Source of the DNA: Octopus vulgaris
Taxonomy: Eukaryota
Direction of reading: 5' to 3'
Length of the DNA: 64,000 nt
NCBI GenBank assembly: GCA_951406725.2
Contig: OX597835.1
Coordinates: 31,248,001-31,312,000, forward strand
A program made the translations under genes and the position numbers. The notes beneath the pieces are model-generated. The model saw nothing but the letters and a program-made list of their open reading frames with translations. It did no database searches and was not told where the DNA came from. This document shows positions 63,421 through 64,000 of the stretch, one piece after another; the stretch's first letter is position 1; the number at the start of each line of letters is the position of its first letter.

Positions 63421-63517
63421 GAATCCATTTTTTTTCGTTTATATATATATGTACGTATGTATATTTTCTCTTTCTCTTCTAAATTTAGATTAGATTGATA
63501 CTAGCCACCTACTTGGT

Positions 63518-63847
63518 GTGGAGGCACATGGCCTAGTAGTTAGAGCAGCGGACTCGTGGTCGAGGGATCGGGGGTTCGAATCTCAGACCGGGTTATGAGC
63601 GAAACACCTAAGCTAAACGCGGCTCCAGCAGAAGGTAATGGCGAACTTCTGCTGACTCTTTCGCCACTGCTTTCTCTCACTCTTTCCTCCTGCATGTTGC
63701 AGCTCACCTGCGACGGTCCAGTGTCCCGTCCAGTGTCCCGTCCAGTGTCCCGTCCAGTGTCCCGTCCAGGTGGGGAAACTATACGCCTGAGAAAACGGGA
63801 AACTGGCCCTTATGAACCAGGCGTGGCTCGAGAAGGAACAAACAACA
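63518..63847 (+). mobile_element. SINE with family C head and V-like tail; 11-bp TSD
   Basis: TSD ACCTACTTGGT at 63507-17 and 63848-58; (AAC)n end; internal 12-bp unit TCCAGTGTCCCG repeated four times. Confidence 0.88.
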
Positions 63848-64000
63848 ACCTACTTGGTAAGAAAGTTGTGAAGGAAAGTATCTTGTTTTAAAAATCACCC
63901 TTTAAATCTTAAGGTCTTGAAGAGATTTATGGTACCAGATATCGTTATCATTTGCAGTGTATGAACTGAGGATTTGCATTCTCTCCCCAAGATCCCATAC

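Overview
Eukaryotic, very AT-rich and microsatellite-dense DNA. The SINE families and repeat texture suggest an octopus (coleoid cephalopod) genome; this is an inference from recalled repeat sequences, not a search. The only host coding sequence I can support is one large minus-strand first coding exon (ATG 28427 to splice donor 26543). It encodes about 580 aa of homopolymer runs followed by the NK1/slouch (Nkx1)-type eh1 motif TSFSVVDILDPTKF. No homeobox exon was found, so everything below 26543 is probably intron and everything above about 28500 is 5'UTR/upstream DNA. The rest is mostly mobile-element material: at least four tRNA-derived SINE families, three Tc1/mariner remnants or MITEs, a MITE with an 8-bp TSD and internal telomeric repeats, R4/Dong-like restriction-like-endonuclease (REL) LINEs and an RTE-like 3' end. 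The most notable non-obvious signal is a dispersed ~200-bp element in or next to dinucleotide (mostly (TA)n) tracts that carries a minimal, Penelope/retrozyme-type hammerhead ribozyme (5 copies). These show compensatory stem I changes, and one subfamily shares an unusual A6U core. Most ORFs in the supplied track are microsatellite artefacts. Repeat boundaries were read by eye and are approximate unless TIR/TSD positions are quoted.
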